From contig CAVSGI010000010.1 in NCBI GenBank assembly GCA_963727445.1, forward strand, positions 1,344,001-1,408,000: a stretch of DNA of 64,000 nucleotides, in the 5' to 3' direction. Made by a program: the position numbers and the translations under genes. This document shows positions 13,453-22,953 of the stretch, in pieces; position 1 is the first letter of the stretch, and each line of letters opens with the position of its first letter. This DNA comes from an uncultured delta proteobacterium. GTDB taxonomy: Bacteria > Myxococcota_A > Polyangia > Polyangiales > B10-G4. The notes under the pieces are model-generated. The model searched no databases. It worked only from the letters and a program-made list of their open reading frames with translations, and was not told the origin of the DNA.

Positions 13453-14265
13453 ATGCTTCGTCTCCTGTTCCTCGCGCTTCTCCTCACCGGCTGCGACTGC
13501 AACGGCACCCTCGCGACGGACGACGGCGGCTCGGGCAGAGGCGACGCGTCCGGAAGCGATGCGTCGGGGAGCGGCGACTCGAGCACGACCGGCGGTGACT
13601 CGAGCACGACCGGCGGCGACTCCGGAGGCGGCGACGATTGTGGCGGGATCTCCGCGGTGGTCCGCGACTTCGACGTCTCACACCCCGACTTCGAAGACGA
13701 GAACCCCGGTTTCGTTCCGGGCCTCGTGCAGGACACGCTCGACGCGGAGCGCAAGCCCCTCTACGCGCACGGGGACATGCACGTCGGCGGCATCGACAAC
13801 GCCGACAGCTTCCATCAGTGGTACCGCGACATCGACGGCATCAACATTCCCTTCGACATCACCCTGCCGCTCACCGAGGTGTCCCCGGGCCAGTTCGTCT
13901 TCGACAACGACCACTTCTTCCCGGTCGACGGCATGGGCTTCGGCATGAGCGGCACCGACGCCGAGGGCGTCGAACGGAACTTCCACTTCACCACCGAGGT
14001 CCACATCGGCTTCGTCTACGAAGGCGGCGAGGTCTTCACCTTCCGCGGCGACGACGACCTGTGGCTCTTCATCGACGGCCACCTGGCGATCGACCTCGGC
14101 GGCGTGCACGGCGCCATGGAGCGCTCGGTGAACCTCGACGACCTCGGCCTCACCCCCGGCGAGCGCTACCCGATGGACATCTTCCACGCGGAGCGCCACA
14201 CCCACGCCAGCAACTTCCGCATCGAGACCACGATCCAGTGCTTCGTCGACCCGGGCCTGATTTAG
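13453..14265 (+). CDS. Fibro-slime (PA14-like) domain lipoprotein
   Basis: Lipobox LLTGC; VRDF..HPDFE, NFHFTTEVH, FTFRGDDDLWLFIDGHLAIDLGGVH and DIFHAERH fibro-slime motifs. Confidence 0.92.
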   Translation: MLRLLFLALLLTGCDCNGTLATDDGGSGRGDASGSDASGSGDSSTTGGDSSTTGGDSGGGDDCGGISAVVRDFDVSHPDFEDENPGFVPGLVQDTLDAERKPLYAHGDMHVGGIDNADSFHQWYRDIDGINIPFDITLPLTEVSPGQFVFDNDHFFPVDGMGFGMSGTDAEGVERNFHFTTEVHIGFVYEGGEVFTFRGDDDLWLFIDGHLAIDLGGVHGAMERSVNLDDLGLTPGERYPMDIFHAERHTHASNFRIETTIQCFVDPGLI

Positions 14266-14427
14266 GGGGTGTCCCTAGTTTTGCTCCCGTCGAATCCCGA
14301 GCATCTCGCGGCCTCCGGGCCGTCCCGCGGCTCCTCAACGATACTCGGCATCGCCTCGTCGGCCGCTGAACACCCCGAAGACCACGATCTACCCGAGCTT
14401 CTCGGTCCGAAAACTAGGGACACCCCC
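14265..14427. mobile_element. MITE-like non-autonomous element, 163 bp
   Basis: Perfect 18-bp terminal inverted repeats GGGGGTGTCCCTAGTTTT (14265-14282) and AAAACTAGGGACACCCCC (14410-14427), flanked by TA on both sides (14263-14264, 14428-14429); no transposase inside. Confidence 0.7.
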
Positions 14428-14514
14428 TAGTGCCTGGTCCAATGCCGTGGAAGGGGAGATCGGCAGGGAGGCGACGAGGACGTCAGCCGGCCTCGGGCCC
14501 AAAGCGGACGCCCG

Positions 14515-15219
14515 CTACCACTTTTCGCCGAAGGGGCGCGCCTCCACCTCGAAGCTCCACGCGCTCTTTGGCTGGGTGGCCAGGTGGTGGACGGTGTGGG
14601 CGATGTCGTCGGGCTTCAGGAAGAAGTCGTCGTCCTTTTCGGGCATCGCTTCACGGGTTCGTTTCAGATCGACGATCCCGTCGATGATCACCACCGAGAC
14701 GTGGATGCCGAGCGGCCAGAGGTGCCGCGCCATCGACTCGGCGAGGTTGCGCTGAGCCGCCTTGGCAGAGGCGAAGGCCGCCGCGCGGGCGCCACCTCGG
14801 CGGGATGCGGTGGCGCCGATGAAAACGATGTTGCCGTGGCCCGCGGCCTTCATGTCGTCGATCACCTGCTTGGCCGTCGCCAGGGCGCCGAAGGTGTTGA
14901 TGCGCCAGGTGGTCTCGAAGGCGCCGAGGTCGATGTCCTCCACCGTTCCCCAGGATCCGGAGCCCGCGTTGTAGACCACCGTGTCCACCGGCCCGAGGTC
15001 CTCTTTGATGGCGGCGAAGGTCTTCTCGATGGCGCCCACATCCGTCACGTCGCACGCATAGGCCTTGGCATCGCCCAGCTCTTTCGCGAGGGCCTCGGAG
15101 CCCTCGGTGCTGCGCGAGAGCATCGCCACCCGATATCCCTCGGCCGCGAACTTCTTCGAAAACGCCGTCCCGTTTCCCGGGCCGAACCCCACCACTGCGC
15201 AAACCGGCTTTGCCATCAT
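14515..15219 (-). CDS. Short-chain dehydrogenase/reductase (atypical SDR)
   Basis: VVGFGPGNG Rossmann motif, VYNAG, GATASRRG..FASAK, IHVSVVIIDG; GAGGAGG RBS. Confidence 0.9.
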   Translation of the reverse strand: MMAKPVCAVVGFGPGNGTAFSKKFAAEGYRVAMLSRSTEGSEALAKELGDAKAYACDVTDVGAIEKTFAAIKEDLGPVDTVVYNAGSGSWGTVEDIDLGAFETTWRINTFGALATAKQVIDDMKAAGHGNIVFIGATASRRGGARAAAFASAKAAQRNLAESMARHLWPLGIHVSVVIIDGIVDLKRTREAMPEKDDDFFLKPDDIAHTVHHLATQPKSAWSFEVEARPFGEKW

Positions 15220-15295
15220 CGCCTCCTCGTACGCGACCTGTAGGACATCGCGACGGGCTCGCCAAGCCCGATGCGGGGACGGCGGGCGCCCGCGC

Positions 15296-16210
15296 TCAGA
15301 AGAGCTGGTCCGCCTGGGCGCGATAGCGTCGCGCGCGCCGCTGGGCGATCTTGTTGGAGAGGCGCATCTCCGGATAGATGTCGCCCGCCGCCAGCACCTC
15401 GGCGATGAGCTCGTCGAAGAGCGCCCGGTCGCCGCGCTCGACCGCGTAGACCCGCGCCATCGTCACCAGCGCCAGGAGATTACGCCGCCCGCTGGCGGCG
15501 AGCGCGCGATCCCACGCCGCGCGCGCCTCGTCGAGGTCGGCCCCGGGGCGCTGGGTCGCGACGAAGGCGAGGACGCCGAGACCCGAGCCGCCGTAGTAAT
15601 CGGGGTCGAGCGCGACCGACCGCTTCACCAGAGCGATTGCGAAGCCGCGCTCGCGGTTCTGCTCCGTCGGATAGCGGGCGTTGATGTAGAGCCCCCAGGC
15701 GTAGCCCACCCAGAAGAGCGCGGGCGCATCCTCTTCATCGTCGAACTCGTCAGCGAGCCAGGCCTCGAAGGCGGGCAGCTCGCCCTCGGCCCGCGTGTAG
15801 AACTCGCCGGTCTCGAGATCGAGCAAGCGTTTCCCGAGGCGCACGGCGCGCAGGTAGAAGTGGATCGCGCGCTCTCTCTGCTTTCGTGCGCCCGCGCTAT
15901 CCCCTCTGGCCTCGCGTCGCTCGGCGTCGTCCTCCACCCAACCGAAGGCGTACGAGGTGTAGGCGCGCACCCCTTGAAGGTGCAGGAGCTCGTTCTGTGG
16001 CGAGACCCTGAGGAGGCCTTCGATCTGCATGACCTGCGCCGGCAGCGCGTCACCGACGAACTCCTGGTCCCAATGCTCATCGACGGAGGGCGCCGCGCGC
16101 TGGTTGACGCTCGCCACCGAGTTGACCGTGAACTTCGCCAGGTCACAGCCGCTGGTGAACGCCAGGATCGCCGCGAACGCGATGAGACCTTTCCTCACGG
16201 CGCGCACCAT
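15296..16210 (-). CDS. TRAP transporter T-component (TatT)-like lipoprotein
   Basis: Lipobox FTSGC; EGLLRVSPQN..AYTSYAFGWVE, PALFW, LDPDYYGG and LSNKIAQRRARR resemble TatT family. Confidence 0.75.
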   Translation of the reverse strand: MVRAVRKGLIAFAAILAFTSGCDLAKFTVNSVASVNQRAAPSVDEHWDQEFVGDALPAQVMQIEGLLRVSPQNELLHLQGVRAYTSYAFGWVEDDAERREARGDSAGARKQRERAIHFYLRAVRLGKRLLDLETGEFYTRAEGELPAFEAWLADEFDDEEDAPALFWVGYAWGLYINARYPTEQNRERGFAIALVKRSVALDPDYYGGSGLGVLAFVATQRPGADLDEARAAWDRALAASGRRNLLALVTMARVYAVERGDRALFDELIAEVLAAGDIYPEMRLSNKIAQRRARRYRAQADQLF

Positions 16211-16240
16211 AGACGATTCTGGCGCGGTGAGAAGGGGTGA

Positions 16241-16768
16241 TCAGCGCGGAAGCTGAATCCGGAGCGTCTCGTCCGGGCTCGGCTGCGGGCCGATGCGCTC
16301 GCCCTCTGCCTTGAGGGCGAAGAGCCAGCTGCGCGCCACGTCGTTGTCGGGCTGCATGTGCAGCACGATCTCGAGGAGCGGCACGGCGCGGGCCTTGAGG
16401 CCGACGCTGATGAAGCCCATCGCCTCTTCGAGGATGGGCTCGGCCCACTCGTCGACCCCGGGGAGGGACGGCGACGTGATGTCGTCGTCGAGCTCGGGCA
16501 GGGCAGGCGCCGCAGCGTTCCGCCGTGCCGTCTGGTCCGGGCTCGCCTTCACCAGCGCCGCAGGATCGAAACCCAGGAGCCACTCGTAGTCCGGCACGTC
16601 CAGACCGAGACGCTTGAGGTTCGCGAGCGCGAGGCGCGCGTCGAGATCCGACGGGTCTTCTTCGACCAGGCGCATCAGAATGCGCGAGCGCTCGACCGAG
16701 CGCGCGTATTCCTCCACCGACATGGTCATCCACGCTGACTCGGGATGTCGCTGGGTGGGGGTGGCCAT
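16241..16768 (-). CDS. Hypothetical protein with TPR-like helices
   Basis: ORF with GC3-type codon bias; EEAMGFISVGLKARAVPLLEIVLHMQPDN TPR-like; start set at MATPTQ (TAGTTT 10 nt upstream). Confidence 0.6.
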   Translation of the reverse strand: MATPTQRHPESAWMTMSVEEYARSVERSRILMRLVEEDPSDLDARLALANLKRLGLDVPDYEWLLGFDPAALVKASPDQTARRNAAAPALPELDDDITSPSLPGVDEWAEPILEEAMGFISVGLKARAVPLLEIVLHMQPDNDVARSWLFALKAEGERIGPQPSPDETLRIQLPR

Positions 16769-16813
16769 GAGCGACCGAAAACTAGCAGCGAATCGCCGCC
16801 CGTCCACCGATTT

Positions 16814-17377
16814 TCAGTCGTCCGAGCCGCTGTCCTTCGACGTCTCGTCCCCACCTTCGTCGAGCCCGGGGCCGCGCAGGCTCACCGTCTCGGCTTCGCG
16901 CCGGCGCGCGCGCGCGGGGACGTCGCCACGCCGCAGGCTCACCGTGGGCTTTTCCGCAGCGCGGCCCGCGGCGTGCTGCGCCCGCTTCGTCTGAGCGGCG
17001 GGATCGTGCGTGAAACGGAGCACAGACCAGGTGTCGTTCAAGGTCACCTCGTTCGTCACGGACCAGCCACGCGCCTCGAGGACGTCCCAGCCGTAGTCGC
17101 GCGAGAGATCGGTGCGCACCGTCCCGCCCTTCTTCGGATACGCCATCCAGAGCGCGCCGTCCGGATCGAGCGCCACCCGCGCGGTGCGAAAGAGCCCTTC
17201 CACGTCGCGCCGCTCGATCGGGAAGGCGAGGATCACTTTGAAAGGGCCCCGACCCGAGGTCGAGACCTGTGCCCCCTTTGGGAGGTCGGCGAGCACCTCG
17301 AGGGCGTCCTTGGGCGCCGCGAGCGCGAGCACCTTCGATCCGGGGGCGATCCCCAGCTTTTCGGCGACAGTGCTCAC
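16814..17377 (-). CDS. DUF3052-like hypothetical protein
   Basis: [32 protein letters not shown] pattern; GTGA overlap with upp stop. Confidence 0.7.
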   Translation of the reverse strand: MSTVAEKLGIAPGSKVLALAAPKDALEVLADLPKGAQVSTSGRGPFKVILAFPIERRDVEGLFRTARVALDPDGALWMAYPKKGGTVRTDLSRDYGWDVLEARGWSVTNEVTLNDTWSVLRFTHDPAAQTKRAQHAAGRAAEKPTVSLRRGDVPARARRREAETVSLRGPGLDEGGDETSKDSGSDD

Positions 17378-18009
17378 TTCTGCTGAGTCCCGAAGATGCG
17401 GTCGCCCGCGTCACCGAGGCCCGGGACGATGTACCCCTTGTCGTTCAGCTTCTCGTCGAGGGCGGCCGTCCAGATGGGGACGTCGGGATGTTCCTCGTGG
17501 AGCTTCGCCACACCCTCCGGCGCGGCAACCAACGCCATGAACTTGATGGTGCGTGGATGCGTCTCCTTGATCCGCGCGACCGCCGCGGCGGCCGAGTTCC
17601 CCGTCGCCAGCATGGGATCGACCACGATCACGTCCCGATCCTCCATCTCGCCGGGGAGCCGGAAGTAGTATTCCACGGCCTCGAGCGTCTCGTGATCGCG
17701 GTAGAGGCCGATGTGCCCGACGCGGGCGGAGGGAACCACCTCGAGCAGCCCCTCGAGCAAGCCGCCGCCCGCGCGGAGCACGGAGACGCAGACGAGCTTC
17801 TTGCCCTCGATCACCGGCGCCTTCATCGGGCACAGCGGCGTCTCGATGTCGATCTGCACCGTGGGCATGTCGCGCGTGACCTCGTAGGTCATCAGCGTGC
17901 TGATCTCCTTGAGCAGGCGCCGGAACGCGCTGGAGCTCGTGTCCTTCTTCCGCATCAGGGTGAGCTTGTGCTTCACCAGGGGGTGATCGATGACGTGCAG
18001 CTCGGGCAT
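17374..18009 (-). CDS. upp: Uracil phosphoribosyltransferase
   Basis: [35 protein letters not shown] and [17 protein letters not shown] signatures. Confidence 0.97.
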   Translation of the reverse strand: MPELHVIDHPLVKHKLTLMRKKDTSSSAFRRLLKEISTLMTYEVTRDMPTVQIDIETPLCPMKAPVIEGKKLVCVSVLRAGGGLLEGLLEVVPSARVGHIGLYRDHETLEAVEYYFRLPGEMEDRDVIVVDPMLATGNSAAAAVARIKETHPRTIKFMALVAAPEGVAKLHEEHPDVPIWTAALDEKLNDKGYIVPGLGDAGDRIFGTQQK

Positions 18010-18119
18010 GGGGTCGGGAGCCTTCCACAGCCTCCCTCTCAGATCCACCTCTCACGTGTCTTTCCAGTGGCCTTCGCACCCCGACTTGCCCCGCACCGGC
18101 GCCGCGCTATCCCGCGCCG

Positions 18120-19394
18120 ATGCCCCTGCCAGCACTCGCCCTGACGGTCCTCCTTCTCGCGGCATGCGGCGATGACGGCGCGCTGCCGGCCGACGCCGCA
18201 GCGGATGCACCCGCTGATGGCAGCGCGCCGCCCGACGCCGCGCGCGACGCGGCGATGGACGCCCCGGCGGACGCGGGGAGCGACGCAGACGCTGCGATGC
18301 CTTACCCGGGGTGTGAGCGGGAGCCCGCTGCTGCGGATCGCACGCGCTTTGTCGTCGTCTCCCATCCCTTCGGTGCAGGCGGGCCTTCGCCGCGCTTCGA
18401 GGTGCTCACCCTCGACGAGAGCGGGGAGCTCTCGGCCACGGCGACCTTCTTCGATCTCGGAGACCGACCCGCCGGCGGCGGCGAGATCGCGTTCACGCCG
18501 GATGGCCAGGTCGGTCTGGTGGCCCTGGACGATGGCTCCATCGCGGCGTTCACCCTCGACTCCACGGGGAACCCGACCGTGACCCACGCGAGCTTCTCGG
18601 GTGACTTCTACGCCGGGAGCGTGGTGGTCGACCCGTCCGGCGCGCGCGCGTACGTGCTCGACAACGACGTCATGCCGGACCGTGGGGGCGGCGTCTACGA
18701 GCTCGCCATCCGTTGCGACGGCACCCTGGTGGACATGGGACGCGTCCTGCCCGCCGCCGGTCCTCACGTGCTGCGCTTCCGGGGCGACGGCCGCATGCTG
18801 CTGAGCGCGCGCGGCGTCGATGGTGGCGGCAGCGCGGGTGACGACGTCTTCCTCCTGGACCGCGAGCCGCCCTTCGGCTTCTCGAGCGGGGTGGACGCCT
18901 TCGGCGACGACGACGCGATCACCACCGAGATCGCCATCACCGCCGACGACCGCTTCGCCCTGGTGGGCGACAACAGCATCATCACCATCAACCGGGTGGC
19001 CGTCGTCGGGCTCGACGCGGGCGGCCTCAGCGCGGTGCAAGTCCTGTCCGCGATCCCCGACCCAATCGACATCGTCGCCTCGCCTTTCGGCGACAGCGCC
19101 ATCATCGTCAGCGGCGTGGACGGGGACGCCATCATCGCCGTCGACTACGACCCGAGCGCCAATCCCCCGTTCTCGGTGCGAGGCGAGCTCGCCTACGTGG
19201 GCGCTGGACCCCAACTCCCCGCCAACGCCGTGCTCATCGAGCGGGGGACGCTGCGGGGCCTCGTTCTGGTGGCCGAGAACCTCGGCGTCCGCCGCGTCCG
19301 CTTCGCCCCTGGCGCCGAAGTGACCGACCTGGGAGCGTTCGGAACGGGGTCGGGAGTCGAGGCGATCGTGGGAATCCTTGGCGTTACGCCGTGA
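18120..19394 (+). CDS. Beta-propeller lipoprotein (lactonase-like)
   Basis: Lipobox LLAAC; Asp/Ala linker; blade motifs IAFTPDGQ, VVVDPSGARAYV, IAITADDRFALV. Confidence 0.75.
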   Translation: MPLPALALTVLLLAACGDDGALPADAAADAPADGSAPPDAARDAAMDAPADAGSDADAAMPYPGCEREPAAADRTRFVVVSHPFGAGGPSPRFEVLTLDESGELSATATFFDLGDRPAGGGEIAFTPDGQVGLVALDDGSIAAFTLDSTGNPTVTHASFSGDFYAGSVVVDPSGARAYVLDNDVMPDRGGGVYELAIRCDGTLVDMGRVLPAAGPHVLRFRGDGRMLLSARGVDGGGSAGDDVFLLDREPPFGFSSGVDAFGDDDAITTEIAITADDRFALVGDNSIITINRVAVVGLDAGGLSAVQVLSAIPDPIDIVASPFGDSAIIVSGVDGDAIIAVDYDPSANPPFSVRGELAYVGAGPQLPANAVLIERGTLRGLVLVAENLGVRRVRFAPGAEVTDLGAFGTGSGVEAIVGILGVTP

Positions 19395-19459
19395 TACTTC
19401 ATTGGCGTCCTTGATTCGTATGGGGAATTGGCGGTAAGCAGCGCTGCCGGAGGAGCCTC

Positions 19460-21271
19460 ATGAACGAATCGCGGAAAGACCCGCGAGCCTTGATGACCGA
19501 GAAGGTGCGCATGAAGAGCGCAAGTCTCGGTGATTTCGTCGAACACCCCGCCGAAAACCTGTCGGTTGGCGGAATTTTCATCGCGATCGATCCGCCGATG
19601 AAAGCGGGGACGCTCCTGCGCATCGAGGTCGTGGTCGAGGGCGAGAGCATCGCCACCGTCGGCCGCGTGATCTGGGCGCGAGAGACCGCTTCGGCGTCGG
19701 AAGCCGTGGGCGTGGGCGTGAAGTTCGTCAAGATCGATCCCGCGGGCAAGAAGGCCATCGCCGCCTACGTCGAGAAGAAGGGTCCGATGCCCGAAGGCGC
19801 CCCGGCAACGAAGAGCGCACCTGCGCCGGCGGCCGAGGCGAAGAAGGCGGACGCTGACGAGGCCGCGGCGGAGAAGAAGGCCGCGGCGGAGAAGAAGGCC
19901 GCCGACGAGAAGAAAGCCGCCGACGAAAAGGCCGCCGCGGAGAAGAAGGCTGCCGACGAAAAGGCCGCCGCGGAGAAGAAGGCCGCGGTGGAGAAGAAAG
20001 CCGCCGACGAAAAGGCCGCCGACGAGAAGAAGGCCGCCGACGAAAAGGCCGCCGCGGAGAAGAAGGCCGCCGACGAAAAGGCCGCCGCGGAGAAGAAGGC
20101 CGCCGATGAAAAGGCCGCCGCGGAGAAGAAGGCCGCCGACGAAAAGGCCGCCGCCGCGAAAGCCGCCGCCACCGCGAAGGCCGAAGAAGAAGAAGAGTCC
20201 GAAGACGAAGCGTCCGAAGACGAAGAATCCGAAGACGAAGCGTCCGAGGACGACGAGTCCGAGGACGAAGCGTCCGAAGACGACGAGTCCGAGGACGACG
20301 AGTCCGAGGACGACGAGTCCGAGGACGACGAGGACGAGGACGACGAGGACGAAGAGTCCGAGGACGAAGCGTCCGAAGACGAAGAGCAAGAGGACGCGGA
20401 CGAGCCGGCCGAAAAGCCCGCTGCCGCCAAGGAAGCGGAGAAGAAGGACGAATCCGTCGCCGCTGCCCTCGCGAAGGACCGGCCTCAGCGCCGCCGCAAG
20501 AAGGGCCCCAAGTCCAAGAGCAACAGGAAGAAGAAGCGCGGCAAGAAGGGTAAGCGCCAGCGCCGCGCCGAAGGACGGCAGAAGGCCGCGGAGCGCAAGC
20601 AGGCGGAGAAGGCCGCGCGCGCGGCCGAGACGCAGGAACGCACCCAGAAGAAGAAGAGCAAGCCGAAGGTGGCCCAGTCGCTGCCTGAAGCCGAAGCGCC
20701 GCCGGTCACCGACGCCGCCACCAAGCCTCTGCTCATCGCGCTCGCGATCCTCGTGGTTCTCGGAGCCGCTTACTTCCTCACCAAGAACAACGACGACGCC
20801 GCCGACACCTCCGATACCGAGTCGACCTCGGGCAGCGTCGAGGTCCAGGAAGAAGAGATCGAAGAGGTCGAGCTCGGCACCGACGAGGAAGACCTCGGCG
20901 AAGAGGGCCTCGAGGACGATCTCGGCCTCGAGGACGATCTCGGCCTCGAAGAGGAAGAGACCCTCGACGTCGAAGAAGCCGAGCCCGAGCCCGAGCCCGA
21001 GGTCGCCGAGCCCGAGCCCGCGCCGGCGCAACCGGCGCGCATGTGGGTCCCACGTCCGCGCATGACGGAGGAGTCGTCGACCACCACCACCATGGCGAGC
21101 CCGACGATGGACACCGCGATGGCCCCCACCGACATGGCAGCCACCACGATGGCCGCGACCGAGATGGCCGCGACCGAGATGACCGCGACCGAGATGGCCG
21201 CGGCACCCGCACCCGCCGCACCTGCACCCGCACCCGCACCCCCGCCCGCCCCGCCCGCGGGCGAGGAGTGA
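19460..21271 (+). CDS. PilZ-like (TIGR02266-type) single-pass membrane protein with long low-complexity charged linker
   Basis: RKDPR..NLSVGGIFI..GTLLRIE..GRVIW..GVGVKF; AEKK/ADEK repeats, acidic tract, basic tract, TM LLIALAILVVLGAAYFL; GGAGGAG RBS. Confidence 0.85.
   Translation: MNESRKDPRALMTEKVRMKSASLGDFVEHPAENLSVGGIFIAIDPPMKAGTLLRIEVVVEGESIATVGRVIWARETASASEAVGVGVKFVKIDPAGKKAIAAYVEKKGPMPEGAPATKSAPAPAAEAKKADADEAAAEKKAAAEKKAADEKKAADEKAAAEKKAADEKAAAEKKAAVEKKAADEKAADEKKAADEKAAAEKKAADEKAAAEKKAADEKAAAEKKAADEKAAAAKAAATAKAEEEEESEDEASEDEESEDEASEDDESEDEASEDDESEDDESEDDESEDDEDEDDEDEESEDEASEDEEQEDADEPAEKPAAAKEAEKKDESVAAALAKDRPQRRRKKGPKSKSNRKKKRGKKGKRQRRAEGRQKAAERKQAEKAARAAETQERTQKKKSKPKVAQSLPEAEAPPVTDAATKPLLIALAILVVLGAAYFLTKNNDDAADTSDTESTSGSVEVQEEEIEEVELGTDEEDLGEEGLEDDLGLEDDLGLEEEETLDVEEAEPEPEPEVAEPEPAPAQPARMWVPRPRMTEESSTTTTMASPTMDTAMAPTDMAATTMAATEMAATEMTATEMAAAPAPAAPAPAPAPPPAPPAGEE
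19858..20160 (+). repeat. Coding tandem repeats (AAEKK/AADEK)
   Basis: Repeated gccgccgacgaaaag / gccgcggagaagaag units. Confidence 0.85.
20195..20385 (+). repeat. Coding 15-nt tandem repeats (SEDEA/SEDDE)
   Basis: Repeated gtccgaggacgacga / gtccgaagacgaagc units. Confidence 0.85.
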
Positions 21272-21286
21272 GCCGGGCGGCGGCTT

Positions 21287-22891
21287 CTACCGGTTACAAT
21301 CCCGCAAGCAGCGATTCCAGTCCTGGAAGCACTGCATGCCTTCGGCGCCCATGCCGCCGGTGCGCCGATTGCACGCTGCCTGCTCTTGGCTGCAACGGAT
21401 CCGGCACATCTGAGCCTCCGTGCGTCGCATCGCCTCTTCGGCCGCCCGCTGCTCCGCGCGACGCATGGCCGCGCGCCGCTGCGCCGCCGCGCGGGCCGCT
21501 TCCTCTTCTTGCCGCGCCTTTTCCCGCGCCTCGTTCTCGGCGCGGAGCTCCGCGATCTGCGCCTCTAGGTCCTGCACTTCGGAGTGGGCGTCGGCGGCCG
21601 CATCGACGGCAGGCGGGCCCGAGGTCGTGACCACCGCGGGCGGCGGCGTGGCCGTCGCCGCATCCGGCTGGTCGTTCTGCCGCGCCCCGGGGATCAACAG
21701 AAACGCGGCCACCCCGCCCCCGATCAACGCTCCGAGCACCACCACCAGGCCGACGAGGAGATTGGTGGGCGAGCCCTTCCTCTGCTCGACCGGCGGCGTC
21801 TGGGCGACGACCGCCGACGCACCCATGGTGGGTGGGATGCCGCGCTGACCCCCGGTGCTCGAGACCGACGGTGGGGTCTTCGCCGGGTTTGGCTGGGTCG
21901 TGGCGCCGGCAGGGACGTGGGCAGGCATCGAGTGAACGACGGGCGTGCTCGGAGGGACGGCGGGGATGGACGCGTCCGACGCCATGGTGGGCTCGAAGCC
22001 CATCTCCACGGAGGGCGGACGGATGGCCGGAAGGTCGGGACGCGCACACGCTTCGAGCGCCGCCCGCATCTCCAGAGCGCTCGGGAAGCGCGAGCTCACG
22101 TCCGCGGATAGCGCGCGGTCGACGACGGCAGCCAGATCGGGAGGGATCTCCGGACGCACCGCGCGGACCGAGGGCGCCGGGTGGGTCATGATGGCGACGA
22201 TGAGGAGGTTGTAGTTCTCGGCCGTGAAGGGCGGGCGGCCGGTGAGAGCGTAGAAGAGCGTCCCACCCACCGAGTACACGTCGGAACGCGCGTCGACAGG
22301 CTGACCCCGTGCCTGCTCCGGGCTCATGTAATGCGGTGTGCCGAGGATCGTCCCGGTCTGCGTGAGCTTCTCGTCGGTGTCGGAGACCTGACGCGTGATC
22401 CCGAAATCGAGGAGCCGCACGCGCGGCCCGGCGCCCGACGGGCGGCAGAGGAAGATGTTCTCCGGCTTGATGTCGCGGTGAACCAAGCCCGTGGCGTGCG
22501 CCGCGGAAAGTGTGTCGAGAAGCTCGATGCCGATGTCGATCAGAGCGGCGCCGTCCACCGCGCCGCGCTCCACGGCGGCGCCCAGGTCCTCTCCTTCGAG
22601 GAGCTCCAGGACCAGATAGAGGGTGCCGTCCTCCGCGACCCCGGCGTCGCTGACCTTGACGATGCCGGGATGGCCGATCGAGGTGGGCGCCTGGGCCTCG
22701 CGCAGGAAGCGTTCACGCGCGTTCTTGGAGCGGGCGACCCCCGAGTGCATGATCTTGAGCGCGACGTTCGCGCCGGTGAAGGCGTGGCGCGCGCGGTAGA
22801 CCGCGCCCATGCCCCCCTCGCCCAGTACTTCGGCGAGGTCGTACCGGCCCGCAAAACGCGTCCCGACGCGCGACTGAGCAGAGCCATCCAC
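21287..22891 (-). CDS. Membrane Ser/Thr protein kinase with coiled coil and six-Cys C-terminal domain
   Basis: LGEGGMGAVY, VALK, HRDIKPEN, DFG and GTPHYMSPEQ; TM; start placed at GTG 22891 (TACCCT 7 nt upstream). Confidence 0.9.
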   Translation of the reverse strand: MDGSAQSRVGTRFAGRYDLAEVLGEGGMGAVYRARHAFTGANVALKIMHSGVARSKNARERFLREAQAPTSIGHPGIVKVSDAGVAEDGTLYLVLELLEGEDLGAAVERGAVDGAALIDIGIELLDTLSAAHATGLVHRDIKPENIFLCRPSGAGPRVRLLDFGITRQVSDTDEKLTQTGTILGTPHYMSPEQARGQPVDARSDVYSVGGTLFYALTGRPPFTAENYNLLIVAIMTHPAPSVRAVRPEIPPDLAAVVDRALSADVSSRFPSALEMRAALEACARPDLPAIRPPSVEMGFEPTMASDASIPAVPPSTPVVHSMPAHVPAGATTQPNPAKTPPSVSSTGGQRGIPPTMGASAVVAQTPPVEQRKGSPTNLLVGLVVVLGALIGGGVAAFLLIPGARQNDQPDAATATPPPAVVTTSGPPAVDAAADAHSEVQDLEAQIAELRAENEAREKARQEEEAARAAAQRRAAMRRAEQRAAEEAMRRTEAQMCRIRCSQEQAACNRRTGGMGAEGMQCFQDWNRCLRDCNR

Positions 22892-22953
22892 GGGCACGAG
22901 GGTAGACCAGGCGAGGGGCCCCGCGCACCCTCGAGTGATACTCTCCGGCCGAC

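Noticed and set aside
13573..13614. 21-bp direct repeat (GDSSTTG x2)
   Set aside because: Ordinary low-complexity lipoprotein linker
16775..16785. CCGAAAACTAG matching the inner right end of the MITE
   Set aside because: Only 11 bp, lacks the terminal GGACACCCCC and a partner end; better explained as a -10 box
19858..20385. Tandem repeats as a possible CRISPR array
   Set aside because: In-frame coding repeats with no unique spacers and no cas genes
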